Virus record (IMG/VR): IMGVR_UViG_3300017909_002098
Span: 1-51,358 of that record
DNA: 51,358 nt
Source: a virus
Taxonomy: Duplodnaviria; Caudoviricetes
Direction: 5' to 3' (one strand)
Under the pieces are notes generated by a model. That model did no database searches and was not told the DNA's origin. It was given only the letters and a program-made list of their open reading frames with translations. Position 1 is the first letter of the stretch. The number at the start of each line of letters is the position of its first letter. A program made the translations under genes and the position numbers. Positions 1-9,418 of this stretch are shown here, in pieces.

Positions 1-276
1 ATACATTTTTTCAATGCTGTCAGGTACTGTTATAACAGTGGCTCCTGATAGGGTTACAGTAGCCACTTTAACAACCATATTTCTTGCGTTTGATATAGTA
101 CCATCAGTCATAGCGAGAGCAACTGTTGCTCCATCACTAACGGATACTTGTTCAAAACCACCTATTGCTTGTTGTACTAACTTTAAATTTGTGTTTGTTT
201 TATCACCCCATGTACCAGCGTTTTCACCAGTAGCCATGAGTTCTAGTTTTAAATCTGATGAATATGTAGATGCCAT
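1..276 (-). CDS. Tail fiber/tail protein, N-terminal part (runs off window)
   Basis: Not in the ORF track. Hand translation from ATG 276: MASTYSSDLKLELMATGENAGTWGDKTNTNLKLVQQAIGG..., open to base 1, with an AAGGA RBS. N-terminus typical of tail-fiber anchors in marine podoviruses (recall). Confidence 0.75.
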   Translation of the reverse strand, partial: MASTYSSDLKLELMATGENAGTWGDKTNTNLKLVQQAIGGFEQVSVSDGATVALAMTDGTISNARNMVVKVATVTLSGATVITVPDSIEKMY

Positions 277-286
277 ATATTTTCCT

Positions 287-1702
287 TTATGCTGCTGTTG
301 TTATCTCAGTCCAAGTTGTTTGAGTACCTGTATCTATCTCTGACCATGCTATTATTATTACACTTCCCATAGAACTCGTCAATACCACTCCAGTTACATT
401 ATCGACTACTCCAGTACCTGTTACCTCTGTTGGTGTACCTACTGCTGATGTCGAAGATACACCAGTTACATCATATCCAGATACAGGAACAATGGAACCA
501 ACTGATCCAGTAGAAGATACTCCTGTTGGTGAAACAGAACCAGTAATTGTAAAAGTAACTGAACCTACCGAACCTGTTAAAGCTACACCAGTTACATCTA
601 CTTCTATTTTAGGAGCTACTATTACAGAACCTATTGCACTTGTAGAAGAGACTCCTGTCACTTCAGCACCAAAAGTAATTTCTATAGATGAACTTCCAAC
701 TGCACTTGTAAGTCCTAATCCAGTTTGTGTAATAAGAACATCTGCTGATATACCTGCAACAGTTCCAACTGCACTTGTGGCTGCCACACCAGTAACAGCA
801 ACATCTGCGTTTGCAGTAGTAGTTACGCTTCCGTTAGCTGAAGTTACACTAACTCCTGTTGGTATGACTGCGTATGCTCCACCCCATACTTGGTTACCCC
901 AACTTAACCTACCCCAACCAGAACCAACTAAAAATCTATCATCTATACTTACACTACCAGTAGATGTGGTAACTGATACTCCAGAAGGTGCCACTAATCC
1001 TGTGTGTGTTACTACAACACTACCGACTGAAGTTGTTGCACTTACTCCAGTGGCTGTTACTTCTTGAACAATTGTTTGTGTAGTTGAGCCTACAGAACTT
1101 GTTGCAGATATTCCTGTTGCAGCTGTTGAACCTGTTATAGTTAAAGAGGGAGACCCTATCGCACTTGTAGAAGAAACACCTGATGCTACTACTTGACCAC
1201 CAATACCCCAACCAAATTCTCCCCAACCTACTCTACCCCATCCAGTATTTATAACAGCGTCAATAGTTACAGATCCAACAGAACTTGTTGCAGAAACACC
1301 ACTGACAGTTAATCCACCATCTGCTTGATTACCCCAAGTTCCTATATTCCAACTTAATAAACCCCACGAGGTAGCAGATTCGGTATTAATTTGCCCACCC
1401 ATATTGGGATGGTATTGACAATAATAATATAAAGTAGGTGCTGATGCAGCAACAGTAATAGTTGTAAGATAACTACTATCATCTTTTGTTACACCAGTGG
1501 TGTACTCACTACCACTATTATGCGTACCATCAGAAGTGGTAGAAAATCTTAGAGGATGGCCTTGTGCTGAACTATCGGACCAATCAAATACATAAGTACC
1601 ATTTTCAGCTAAGACTAGAGTGTCTTGCTGCACTCCATCAATGAAATACTTATTATTTCCACTAACATTTACTACTGTAACTGTAAATGTTCTAGTGGTC
1701 AC
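287..1702 (-). CDS. Virion structural protein: N-terminal cupredoxin-like domain plus Gly/Ser/Thr/Val-rich repeat stalk
   Basis: GHPLRF...YYYCQYHPNMGG motif; repeated TGVSxTSxVGSV units; three WG-rich motifs (WGLLSWNIGTWG, GWGRVGWGEFGWG, GWGRLSWGNQVWG); GTG start with AGGAG RBS. Confidence 0.75.
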   Translation of the reverse strand: MTTRTFTVTVVNVSGNNKYFIDGVQQDTLVLAENGTYVFDWSDSSAQGHPLRFSTTSDGTHNSGSEYTTGVTKDDSSYLTTITVAASAPTLYYYCQYHPNMGGQINTESATSWGLLSWNIGTWGNQADGGLTVSGVSATSSVGSVTIDAVINTGWGRVGWGEFGWGIGGQVVASGVSSTSAIGSPSLTITGSTAATGISATSSVGSTTQTIVQEVTATGVSATTSVGSVVVTHTGLVAPSGVSVTTSTGSVSIDDRFLVGSGWGRLSWGNQVWGGAYAVIPTGVSVTSANGSVTTTANADVAVTGVAATSAVGTVAGISADVLITQTGLGLTSAVGSSSIEITFGAEVTGVSSTSAIGSVIVAPKIEVDVTGVALTGSVGSVTFTITGSVSPTGVSSTGSVGSIVPVSGYDVTGVSSTSAVGTPTEVTGTGVVDNVTGVVLTSSMGSVIIIAWSEIDTGTQTTWTEITTAA

Positions 1703-1717
1703 AAAACACTCCTGTTA

Positions 1718-2155
1718 CTATGCTATTCTTAAAATACCACTTGAAGCATCAGCAGTTGGAAACTGTATAGTAAATGTTCCTGAAGTAGCTGTTTTATCTC
1801 CACCAAAATCTAATACTGCAACTGCTGGATCACCAGACGCTGTATCGTTATAGATTAAAGCACCTCTTGCTGTAAGTGTTACACCCACAAAAGATAAATC
1901 ATCAAAATCTACCACAGCAGTATCAGTGCTTAATGCTGGTGTAACTGCCACTAAGGCTTTACCAGCTGCACTGTAACCAGATGGTGAGCTTACTTCATTG
2001 TCTGATGTATAAGATGTTGTTGACTTTCCAAGAGTTGCACTTGATGTATACATACTTAATTTAAAACTATTTCCTCCAGGATTAGTAAAATTATGTGTCC
2101 CTTTAAGAACATCAGTTTTAAATACATTACATACTACACTTGTTGTTATCGCCAT
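1718..2155 (-). CDS. Virion structural (tail-associated) protein
   Basis: 145 aa beta-rich, ...GALIYNDT...VAVLDFGGDKT...FTIQFP; AGGAG RBS; lies in the tail module. Confidence 0.7.
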   Translation of the reverse strand: MAITTSVVCNVFKTDVLKGTHNFTNPGGNSFKLSMYTSSATLGKSTTSYTSDNEVSSPSGYSAAGKALVAVTPALSTDTAVVDFDDLSFVGVTLTARGALIYNDTASGDPAVAVLDFGGDKTATSGTFTIQFPTADASSGILRIA

Positions 2156-2167
2156 ATTTTTTCTCCT

Positions 2168-2821
2168 TTAGTTTGTTGGTGAAGGAGATTGCACAGGCAC
2201 TCTCATTACACCAGAATCATACTCAGAGCGTCTACGTCTACCAACCTGAGCTAACATAAACGCTTGCATACTTTCATTATACTTATCTGAATACAGTTTG
2301 TACATATCCATAGGTCCTTTTAAATAACTAAAACACTCAACAAGTACACCATAAAGTAATAAATTTTCTTGATGTTTAGATAAAAAAGTATCAGTGGTAG
2401 AATTAAAATGATCTGGGTCTTTAATATAATTTAATTGTATTTCATAAGCTTGATCTGGTACAGGAGCAAATAAAATATTTTTATCATCCCAATTTGCAAA
2501 ATATTTTGGTTGTCCTGTAGAATCAGTAGGATTAAACTCCGCTATAAAAGAGGTGTCTCTTTTTTCTAAAAAATCTCTAGTGCTACTATTTATAATTTGT
2601 ACTGATCTAATAATAATACAATCATCTGGCACATTTAAATATCTTTGTGTGCCTGTTACAGCAGTAACATATTTACGAATATCATCATAATCTACTTTTC
2701 CAGCAATATCTAACTCTATATTTCTAATAAACTGATCCAACAAAGTATCAGATAAAACATTAGAATCTACTTCTGTATAATTTCTTACTTGTGTTAAAAA
2801 ATTTGCATGTGTGATACTCAT
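2168..2821 (-). CDS. Putative head-tail adaptor / tail tubular protein
   Basis: 217 aa, GQPKYF...PVPDQAY motif shared with the adaptor-like gene at 3195; tail module position. Confidence 0.6.
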   Translation of the reverse strand: MSITHANFLTQVRNYTEVDSNVLSDTLLDQFIRNIELDIAGKVDYDDIRKYVTAVTGTQRYLNVPDDCIIIRSVQIINSSTRDFLEKRDTSFIAEFNPTDSTGQPKYFANWDDKNILFAPVPDQAYEIQLNYIKDPDHFNSTTDTFLSKHQENLLLYGVLVECFSYLKGPMDMYKLYSDKYNESMQAFMLAQVGRRRRSEYDSGVMRVPVQSPSPTN

Positions 2822-3198
2822 GATATTACCACTTCTGGACTACCAACAGAGGCAGTAGCCTCAACTGCTGTAAGTTTAGTTCCTAATATATTATCACTAT
2901 CTGATACTCTCATACTAGCCCCACCAGTAATACCACTATCTCCAACATCAGCAAAAAAACCATTACTGATATAAAGTAAAAAATCTTTGTTATCGTCTTT
3001 TGGTCTAGGTCTAGCGTTTGCTAAGGCTATAGCATCAGCTTTAATATGTTTTCTTCTTATTTGTGGGTGTTTAGGCTCAAACTCAGATTTATGAACAAAA
3101 GAGCCATTCCATTCTTTTACCATCTCATTATATTTAAATGCCATTCCTGATCTATCGGAAATAGCTTTTGCGTATTTACCTCTTGCGTATGCCATCAT
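2818..3198 (-). CDS. Conserved phage structural-region protein
   Basis: AYARGKYAKAISDRSG...EFEPKHPQ; 4-nt overlaps with both neighbours. Confidence 0.65.
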   Translation of the reverse strand: MMAYARGKYAKAISDRSGMAFKYNEMVKEWNGSFVHKSEFEPKHPQIRRKHIKADAIALANARPRPKDDNKDFLLYISNGFFADVGDSGITGGASMRVSDSDNILGTKLTAVEATASVGSPEVVIS

Positions 3199-3884
3199 GC
3201 ACCTTGTGGATAATAGTTTTGAGGAGCAATATAAACTGACGTTCTTTGACCATCCTCCGTTAACGCTCTGTTAAGTTCATCTTCGTATAACATCTTATTT
3301 TGTTGCACTAATTGTGGAGAGCGTTTTAAACTTAGGTAATAGGCAAGACCAGCCACCATACACGGAATGAATCTAAAGACCACATCAGCTTGATTAGTAT
3401 AGTTACCTGCATCCTCTATCCTTTTAAGATAATAATACTTAACATAAGTATAAGTGCTCGCATCAGGTGTTTGATACAAAGTAATTTTTGGTGTAGTTTG
3501 TCTATCCACATAATATTGACTTGGTTGTCCTTGTGATCCTTTATTTGGTAAAGCAGCATATTCACTTCTACTTATCTTAGTTAATGATACATCATTTGTT
3601 GTGCTAGATGTTCCTGTTGTTGTGCTTATATAAGCTTCTAATATGTCATTTGCATTTGATGGAGCATCATAAGTTGATGTACCAGCTGTAAGCAATTGTT
3701 CTTTTAATTCCACTTTCCATAGATGAACACCTCTATTACCCCATTCAGAAAACAGTATATTTAAACTTCTTCTAGCTGATTTTAAATCATAGCCAGAGTT
3801 AGTTCTTACACCGCATCTTTCATAAGCCTCTTCAATTATTTCATCTATGTTTAAATCAAAGGTAGTTGTCCCTGATGTAGCCAA
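3195..3884 (-). CDS. Head-tail adaptor/connector protein (TTG start)
   Basis: IEEAYERCG...ARRSLNILFSEWGNRG...GQPSQYY...FIPCMVAGLAYYL; TTG start preceded by AGGAGG. Confidence 0.7.
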   Translation of the reverse strand: MATSGTTTFDLNIDEIIEEAYERCGVRTNSGYDLKSARRSLNILFSEWGNRGVHLWKVELKEQLLTAGTSTYDAPSNANDILEAYISTTTGTSSTTNDVSLTKISRSEYAALPNKGSQGQPSQYYVDRQTTPKITLYQTPDASTYTYVKYYYLKRIEDAGNYTNQADVVFRFIPCMVAGLAYYLSLKRSPQLVQQNKMLYEDELNRALTEDGQRTSVYIAPQNYYPQGA

Positions 3885-3893
3885 AATTACCTC

Positions 3894-4436
3894 CTAGAAA
3901 ACACCTTTAAACTTTGTTCCACGGATTGCAGCTTTACCACCTCTAGAGGTCATAAAGTCACCAGTACTTGCTTTTCTAACTTCTTTGAAATCATCTTCAT
4001 TAAGAACTCCGTATGGAGGAGCTTTATCCAAATGTTTAGATTGTTTTTCTGATAAACCACCCGCAGCATTTAACTCAATCCTTAATTTACCACCAAAAGA
4101 GTAATCATCTTGTTTGTCTCCATAAACTTTACCTTTAGATCTTCTAGCATAAAGTTCAGCTTTACTTTTTTTGTCTTTTCCAAATCTTCTTGCATATTTG
4201 TAATCAATGTTTTTTTGAGATTTATCACCAAACATATCTTTTGATTTTGTAGCTGATGTTGATATATCACCAAATTTAGTTTCTATACCTAATCCTACTT
4301 TTTTTGTTTCTTTACCCTCAAGTTTACTTTTTTTAGCTTTAACTTCTGGAACTATACCTACACCTCTTTTTCTAGTTTCATACTCAAAAGGCTCATCTCC
4401 ATCAGGTAATAATAATCTACTTATTGTATCACTCAT
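3894..4436 (-). CDS. Basic hypothetical protein
   Basis: 180 aa Lys-rich; C-terminus AIRGTKFKGVF; coupled to the upstream gene. Confidence 0.65.
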   Translation of the reverse strand: MSDTISRLLLPDGDEPFEYETRKRGVGIVPEVKAKKSKLEGKETKKVGLGIETKFGDISTSATKSKDMFGDKSQKNIDYKYARRFGKDKKSKAELYARRSKGKVYGDKQDDYSFGGKLRIELNAAGGLSEKQSKHLDKAPPYGVLNEDDFKEVRKASTGDFMTSRGGKAAIRGTKFKGVF

Positions 4437-5134
4437 AATAGATCCTTAATGTAATCATCCATAGAGGCCATACCACCTTCACTAAATGGTTGTGTATCAG
4501 GAATACCAGACTGCTTAGATGTAATAGTTTTAAAATCGTTTACATTACGACCTCTGGTTCTTCTTCTTACACTAGCACCTCTATCTGTTCTCTCTGTTCT
4601 TTTGTTTCTGTTTTTTCTTGCTTGCCTTCTTCTTTCAACAGCAGATAAATTTTTAGATTTTTTTGCAGGTCCTTTTGGAGGTCCTTGTACTGGTCCAGCA
4701 ACAGTAGTAGTTTTTTTCTTTTTATCATCTGCTCTATCTGTTGTATACTTTTTACCTTTGTATGTAAAAGTTTTACCAGCACCTAATTGCTTTCTTGCAA
4801 TTTTAAATGCAGCTCCAAAACTTGTAGCAGTAACTGTATTAGCTCCTGCACCTTTACCTTTACCCGCAACATCTCCGTAAGACCTTTTAGTTGTGTCAAC
4901 ATTTGCTGGTGTAGTTTTTGCTGCTGTAATTTTTTTTGTTTTAGTTTTTGCTTTTTCTGCTGCTTTTTGTTCTTTAACAGATTTTCTGGTAACAATTTTA
5001 CCTGTAAGAGTATTAGCACTTCCTCTTCCTGTTTGTCCTTGTGGGGCAGTTCCACTACCTATGATTTTTCCTAGTCCTCTTCCGAACCTTTCTAGTAAAC
5101 CACCTTCTTGTTTTTTTCTCATTTTAGACTTCAT
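4433..5134 (-). CDS. Highly basic low-complexity protein (possible internal/DNA-condensing protein)
   Basis: K/R/T/A-rich; contains FGAAFKIARKQLGAGKTFTYKGKKYTT; AGGAG RBS. Confidence 0.65.
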   Translation of the reverse strand: MKSKMRKKQEGGLLERFGRGLGKIIGSGTAPQGQTGRGSANTLTGKIVTRKSVKEQKAAEKAKTKTKKITAAKTTPANVDTTKRSYGDVAGKGKGAGANTVTATSFGAAFKIARKQLGAGKTFTYKGKKYTTDRADDKKKKTTTVAGPVQGPPKGPAKKSKNLSAVERRRQARKNRNKRTERTDRGASVRRRTRGRNVNDFKTITSKQSGIPDTQPFSEGGMASMDDYIKDLL

Positions 5135-5143
5135 CTTATTCTC

Positions 5144-5425
5144 CTAATTAATATCAATCATACCACCATAGTATTTCTTTGTAAACGTACTCACGTTTGT
5201 TGGTTTACCACCAACTCCTTGTGCTTTTGCTCTTTTTCTTTTAACTGCACTTTTTCTTTGACCCTCTGTCATTCTTCTAGCTTTGGCTAAAGGAACACAT
5301 TTAGGATACTTTCTTTTTGCATCTGCTTTTTGTTTACTTCTACCACATTTAGCAAATGTGCCATCTTTCTTTTTACTACCAATGTCTACCCATTGTTCTT
5401 TGAACCATTTGTCTAAACCAGACAT
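5144..5425 (-). CDS. Small basic conserved phage protein
   Basis: GLDKWFKEQWVDI...KCGRS...YPKCVP; TAATG coupling. Confidence 0.7.
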   Translation of the reverse strand: MSGLDKWFKEQWVDIGSKKKDGTFAKCGRSKQKADAKRKYPKCVPLAKARRMTEGQRKSAVKRKRAKAQGVGGKPTNVSTFTKKYYGGMIDIN

Positions 5426-5841
5426 TAGCCCAATAAATCTTTGTAGTAAGCTTGAGCAGATGGGTTGGTAAAACTCTCACCGTCTATTTCTTGTTGTATG
5501 TGTGAACCTGTAGATTCAGGCATACCACCTATACTTAAACTCGACATAGCATATAAACCTGGTGATACAAATTGTAAATTTTCATCTTTCATTTTGTTTC
5601 TTACTTTTCTTCTATTCTTTTTGCCTGCTAACATCATCAGACCTAGACCTGCTTTTATTGGTTTTTTCATAATAGCTCCTTTACTAGCTTTTTTTGGACC
5701 CCAATCTTTTCTTTTCTTACCACTAGGGTCTTTAATTTTACCTGCACAAATTTTAGAAGCGTACGCATTAGCATATGCACTTGGGTAAACTTTAAATTTT
5801 CTTTTTGCTGCTGCTTTACCTCTTGGGCATAATTTTGTCAT
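5425..5841 (-). CDS. Small basic conserved phage protein
   Basis: KLCPRGKAAAKRKFKVYPSAYANAYASKIC; AAGGAG RBS. Confidence 0.7.
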   Translation of the reverse strand: MTKLCPRGKAAAKRKFKVYPSAYANAYASKICAGKIKDPSGKKRKDWGPKKASKGAIMKKPIKAGLGLMMLAGKKNRRKVRNKMKDENLQFVSPGLYAMSSLSIGGMPESTGSHIQQEIDGESFTNPSAQAYYKDLLG

Positions 5842-5875
5842 AGTAACTCCTTTATTTTATTATAAAGAACCTAAG

Positions 5876-6007
5876 TTAAGTTGTAAATAACTTGCTCTTA
5901 GAAGTTCTTTTGTTTCCTGATACAACCCTCACCCTTTTCTTTTTAAACTTTTTTTTATTAGGTGGGTTTGTTATTTGTTGCCTCATCTGGCTTCTACTTA
6001 TTGTCAT
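5876..6007 (-). CDS. 43-aa basic peptide with capsid-like N-terminus (below ORF-track cutoff)
   Basis: Hand translation MTISRSQMRQQITNPPNKKKFKKKRVRVVSGNKRTSKSKLFTT; ATGA overlap with the endolysin stop. Confidence 0.65.
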   Translation of the reverse strand: MTISRSQMRQQITNPPNKKKFKKKRVRVVSGNKRTSKSKLFTT

Positions 6008-6462
6008 ACGAATGTATACTCTACCTTTCCTTCTTCATTTTTATCTGCTCTGATATATTTTTTTCTATTGTTTTCTTCGTTATAAGATACATGAACCCAA
6101 CCTGAATTAGGGTCCACTCCATCATAAAATTCTAATATTAATTGATCGTATTTACAATTGTTATCTATCCAATCAGATAGTTCGTTGTTATCAATTCCAA
6201 AAATTTCTATGTCTGCTGCTTGTCCTAAACAATGTTGAGAAGTCCTGCTTCCACCAATCCTCGCATTAAGGTCAGGACTGCGATAACCTGAAGAAATAAA
6301 AACAGGTAATAAAAAATAGTCTCTAACTGGTTGAAGAATATTCTTGCATAAATTTTCAAGATTAACGATTGCAGTTTGATTAGGAGTATTATTAATACCA
6401 TTTCTCAATGCCGTTTGTGATTTTGTAAATTCATGTAAATAAAAGTTGTCTGTTAATTGCAT
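6004..6462 (-). CDS. Endolysin, peptidase M15A family (Zn D-Ala-D-Ala peptidase fold)
   Basis: ISSGYRS, SQHCLGQAAD and GWVHVS zinc-ligand motifs. Confidence 0.9.
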   Translation of the reverse strand: MQLTDNFYLHEFTKSQTALRNGINNTPNQTAIVNLENLCKNILQPVRDYFLLPVFISSGYRSPDLNARIGGSRTSQHCLGQAADIEIFGIDNNELSDWIDNNCKYDQLILEFYDGVDPNSGWVHVSYNEENNRKKYIRADKNEEGKVEYTFV

Positions 6463-6771
6463 TTAACACCTCCATCTTCTTCTCGCCTGACAAATTCTTT
6501 TTTTAGGAGTTTTTTGACAGTTAATATTGTGCATTTTCATTTGTCCTTTACTTCTAGAACAATATGACTTTCTTCTTTTTGCTCTACCTTTGGTGGGTTT
6601 TTTCTCAGTCACAGCAGTCTTGAGTTTGGAACCAGGGTTGTCTCTTCTGTATCTCTCGACACCAGCTTGAGTCATCCCTGCTCCAGACTCTGTAGACCTG
6701 AAATACTTCTTAGTTTTTGGAGGCATACCTCCTTGACTAAACTTAAGAAGCTCTGCTGTGTATTTATCCAT
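6463..6771 (-). CDS. Small basic conserved phage protein
   Basis: GAGMTQAGVERYRRDNPGSKLKTAV...RRKSYCSR...ARRRWRC. Confidence 0.7.
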   Translation of the reverse strand: MDKYTAELLKFSQGGMPPKTKKYFRSTESGAGMTQAGVERYRRDNPGSKLKTAVTEKKPTKGRAKRRKSYCSRSKGQMKMHNINCQKTPKKRICQARRRWRC

Positions 6772-7072
6772 TATCAGTATCAGCCGTAATCGGTGTTACA
6801 AAAACTGTAACAGAGGTTACGTTACTAATAGTCAAGTGCATATCTGTTTTAAATAAAATACCATCTAAAGGCATATCCACTTGGTATTGGTCAGCAGCAC
6901 TTGATGCTGGAGTAGCGATAACTAACTTTTGTGTACCACTAGCTCCACCATCTTTAAAAGTTAAACTTCCAGCTGATGCGTGACCAACATAATAAATAGA
7001 TAGCAATCTTGTTCTACCTGACTGTATTGTACCAGTCGAGGTAAGAGTTTTTGCACCTATATCTGAGTTCAT
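6764..7072 (-). CDS. Small beta-rich structural protein
   Basis: 102 aa; AGGAG RBS; downstream of capsid genes. Confidence 0.6.
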   Translation of the reverse strand: MNSDIGAKTLTSTGTIQSGRTRLLSIYYVGHASAGSLTFKDGGASGTQKLVIATPASSAADQYQVDMPLDGILFKTDMHLTISNVTSVTVFVTPITADTDNG

Positions 7073-7084
7073 AATATACTCCTA

Positions 7085-7705
7085 TTAACTAGCTACATCG
7101 TAACCAAGTATAGTGATTAAAAGTCTACCAGCTGTATATGTTCCTGCTGTAGCAGTTCCACAAGTTAAATATAAATATTGATCAGCTGCAATTTCACCAC
7201 CAGCAGTTCTTGTGCCAGCAGTTTGATCACCACCATTAATAATCAAAGTTTCAGTTAAGTCAGCGATTGCTGTATCTTCAACACCAGTACCTTCAGTTGC
7301 TGAATGTAAATTAATGTCTGGATCACCACCAGCTGGAGTTTCAAAAGACTCCATAGTTACACCAAAAACTGTGCCTTGGTTTGCAGTAGTTACTCTACCA
7401 ATGTATGCGACACCTGATCCATCTTTACCGATGATATCACCAGCAGTACCACCACAATTTAATCCAGTAAGATCAATCATAATAGATGTTTTTACAATAT
7501 TAACATTTGTATCTACATCACTTTTTAATCTTTCTACTTGAGTTATATAAACTGCTGCTGTTCCTTCAATACCAGCACCACCAGCTGCTTCTGTTCCCAT
7601 TTTACTACCACTGGTAACAGTTATCGCACCAGTAGTTGCATTTTTTGACACAGTTTGAAATCCATTTTCGGATCTAACTGGTCCTGAAAAAGTTGTATTT
7701 GCCAT
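7085..7705 (-). CDS. Putative capsid-associated/decoration protein
   Basis: MANTTFSGPVRSENGF N-terminus; Gly/Thr/Ala-rich; first gene after the MCP terminator. Confidence 0.6.
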   Translation of the reverse strand: MANTTFSGPVRSENGFQTVSKNATTGAITVTSGSKMGTEAAGGAGIEGTAAVYITQVERLKSDVDTNVNIVKTSIMIDLTGLNCGGTAGDIIGKDGSGVAYIGRVTTANQGTVFGVTMESFETPAGGDPDINLHSATEGTGVEDTAIADLTETLIINGGDQTAGTRTAGGEIAADQYLYLTCGTATAGTYTAGRLLITILGYDVAS

Positions 7706-7794
7706 TTTTTTTCCTAGTTAAAGATATAGTCCTCTAGGGTGTCAGCCAAGCCTGTCTATATCAGTTAATAATTCTTGGTAATTTCAGTATACAT

Positions 7795-7820
7795 AAAAAA
7801 AGGGGCTAATGTAAGCCCCT
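7795..7820 (-). terminator. Rho-independent terminator after the major capsid gene
   Basis: Minus strand AGGGGCT-tacatt-AGCCCCT followed by a T6 tract. Confidence 0.8.
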
Positions 7821-7849
7821 TCCTTTAGTTTATTTAGGAGAGATATTTT

Positions 7850-8761
7850 TTATGCTGCTCCTGGAGAACCGAATATACCTCTTGGATCAGAGAATCCAAA
7901 AGAATATCTTTCTCTAGCCTTAAATCTCACGTTACCAGTATCAAAGTCTCCTTCAATAGCTGTTTTGATTGGGCTTCTTACGAACTGCTTAAGTCCGTTA
8001 GGAGCATCAGTCATTATGAAAAAAGCATCAGTATCAGTTAAATAATGATTAACTCTATAACCCTGTGGGATCATTCCCATTGAAGCCATAGCATTAATGT
8101 CATTATCAGCTGTACCTACTCTTTGTGGAGATCTTAAAATTCTCTCAGCAGTAAATTGTAATTCTTTTGGAATTATTAATTTTACGCCTTGCATTGCAAT
8201 TTTAAGTCCTCTCTCATCTACGAAAGCAGCAATGTCAATCATTGATTGCTCAAGAGATGTTTCACTTAAGTCAGCAGCTGTGCTTAATTCGTTTCTTAAA
8301 ACACCACCACTTGCTAGTGGATGCTCTAAGTCACACAATGGTTTACCATCGCCACCAGTAAAGTTTGCGTCAAAAGCATTATTTAACACGTTAGCAGCTT
8401 TTACCTGCTTAGTGTTTGCCATTGATCTAGCTAAAGCTCTTGTGTAACGACCAGCTAATCTATCATATAGATTATCTTCAATTGCTTCTTCAGTAATAGC
8501 AAAAGCCATCGCAATAGTTTCGTGAGTATACCTTGCAGTAAAACTTTCTGTTGCTTGGTCAAAAGTGACTCCAGCACCTTCTGATTTTACTGGGGCAGAC
8601 CCGAAACCTGATAGCATTACTTCTTCTTCAAAAGCTCTGTCTGAAGATTCTGCTGTAAAAATTTCGGCATGTTCATTTTCATACCTGTTGTATTCTAAGC
8701 CAAAGAGAGCGTTCAAACCAGGCTCTAGTTCTTTGACGAGTTGTGATCTTGATATAGCCAT
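7850..8761 (-). CDS. Major capsid protein
   Basis: 303 aa, MAISRSQLVKELEPGLNALFGLEY...RERYSFGFSDPRGIFGSPGA; followed by a terminator; downstream of a scaffold-like gene. Confidence 0.9.
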   Translation of the reverse strand: MAISRSQLVKELEPGLNALFGLEYNRYENEHAEIFTAESSDRAFEEEVMLSGFGSAPVKSEGAGVTFDQATESFTARYTHETIAMAFAITEEAIEDNLYDRLAGRYTRALARSMANTKQVKAANVLNNAFDANFTGGDGKPLCDLEHPLASGGVLRNELSTAADLSETSLEQSMIDIAAFVDERGLKIAMQGVKLIIPKELQFTAERILRSPQRVGTADNDINAMASMGMIPQGYRVNHYLTDTDAFFIMTDAPNGLKQFVRSPIKTAIEGDFDTGNVRFKARERYSFGFSDPRGIFGSPGAA

Positions 8762-8772
8762 AATTTACCCCC

Positions 8773-9360
8773 TTATACGCCAGTATCAGCGTTATTATTT
8801 TGCTGATAGAAATGGTTATTAATACGAACAACAACATTAGCGTTTGCATTAGCTACATCAGAGTTATTTGGATCTTGTGAAATATCTACTGCCATTAATG
8901 CGTAACTAAATGATGTGCTCACCTCTGATACATCCAATTGTACTTTTGAAATACCAGTGTCTGTATTACCAGTTACGTTTGTTACTGAATAATTAGTAAA
9001 CAAACCAGCTCTGGTGAAAGTTGCATCTGCATCAATCAAAAATAAAGTGTTTGGATCATCAATAACATTAGCAACAATATCGTCAGCAGCAATACTACCA
9101 GGATAATAATTACTAAATGTTGGTTTCTTGGTTGTTGGATCAGTATAGAAACATCCATTGAACACACCTATAACAGCCTGCCCGTTTCCAGCAGTATGTC
9201 TTTCGATGTCTCCATCAGTTGCAGGTATCACTAAATCACCTTGGAAAATTGCTGTCCCGTAGTTGTTTGATATAGTGTACCTATTCTGTTGGTTATTCCA
9301 TGCGTGTCCACCAAGTGTCTTATATGGTCTAAGACCAAATTTTTCACTTACGTTTGCCAT
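8773..9360 (-). CDS. Minor capsid/cement protein
   Basis: FGLRP...AIFQGDLV...GVFNGCFYTDP; AGGAGG RBS; immediately upstream of MCP. Confidence 0.65.
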   Translation of the reverse strand: MANVSEKFGLRPYKTLGGHAWNNQQNRYTISNNYGTAIFQGDLVIPATDGDIERHTAGNGQAVIGVFNGCFYTDPTTKKPTFSNYYPGSIAADDIVANVIDDPNTLFLIDADATFTRAGLFTNYSVTNVTGNTDTGISKVQLDVSEVSTSFSYALMAVDISQDPNNSDVANANANVVVRINNHFYQQNNNADTGV

Positions 9361-9418
9361 GTTTTACCTCCTTGTAAAAAAATAGGCTTGTTAAACAAAT
9401 ACGGTAGTTGTCTTTAGT

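Noticed and set aside
14-1853. + strand ORFs 14..343, 492..1067, 1620..1853 and similar ORFs elsewhere (e.g. 8097..8447, 27729..28061, 45937..46242)
   Set aside because: Antisense shadows of well-supported minus-strand genes; no RBS or recognisable motifs.
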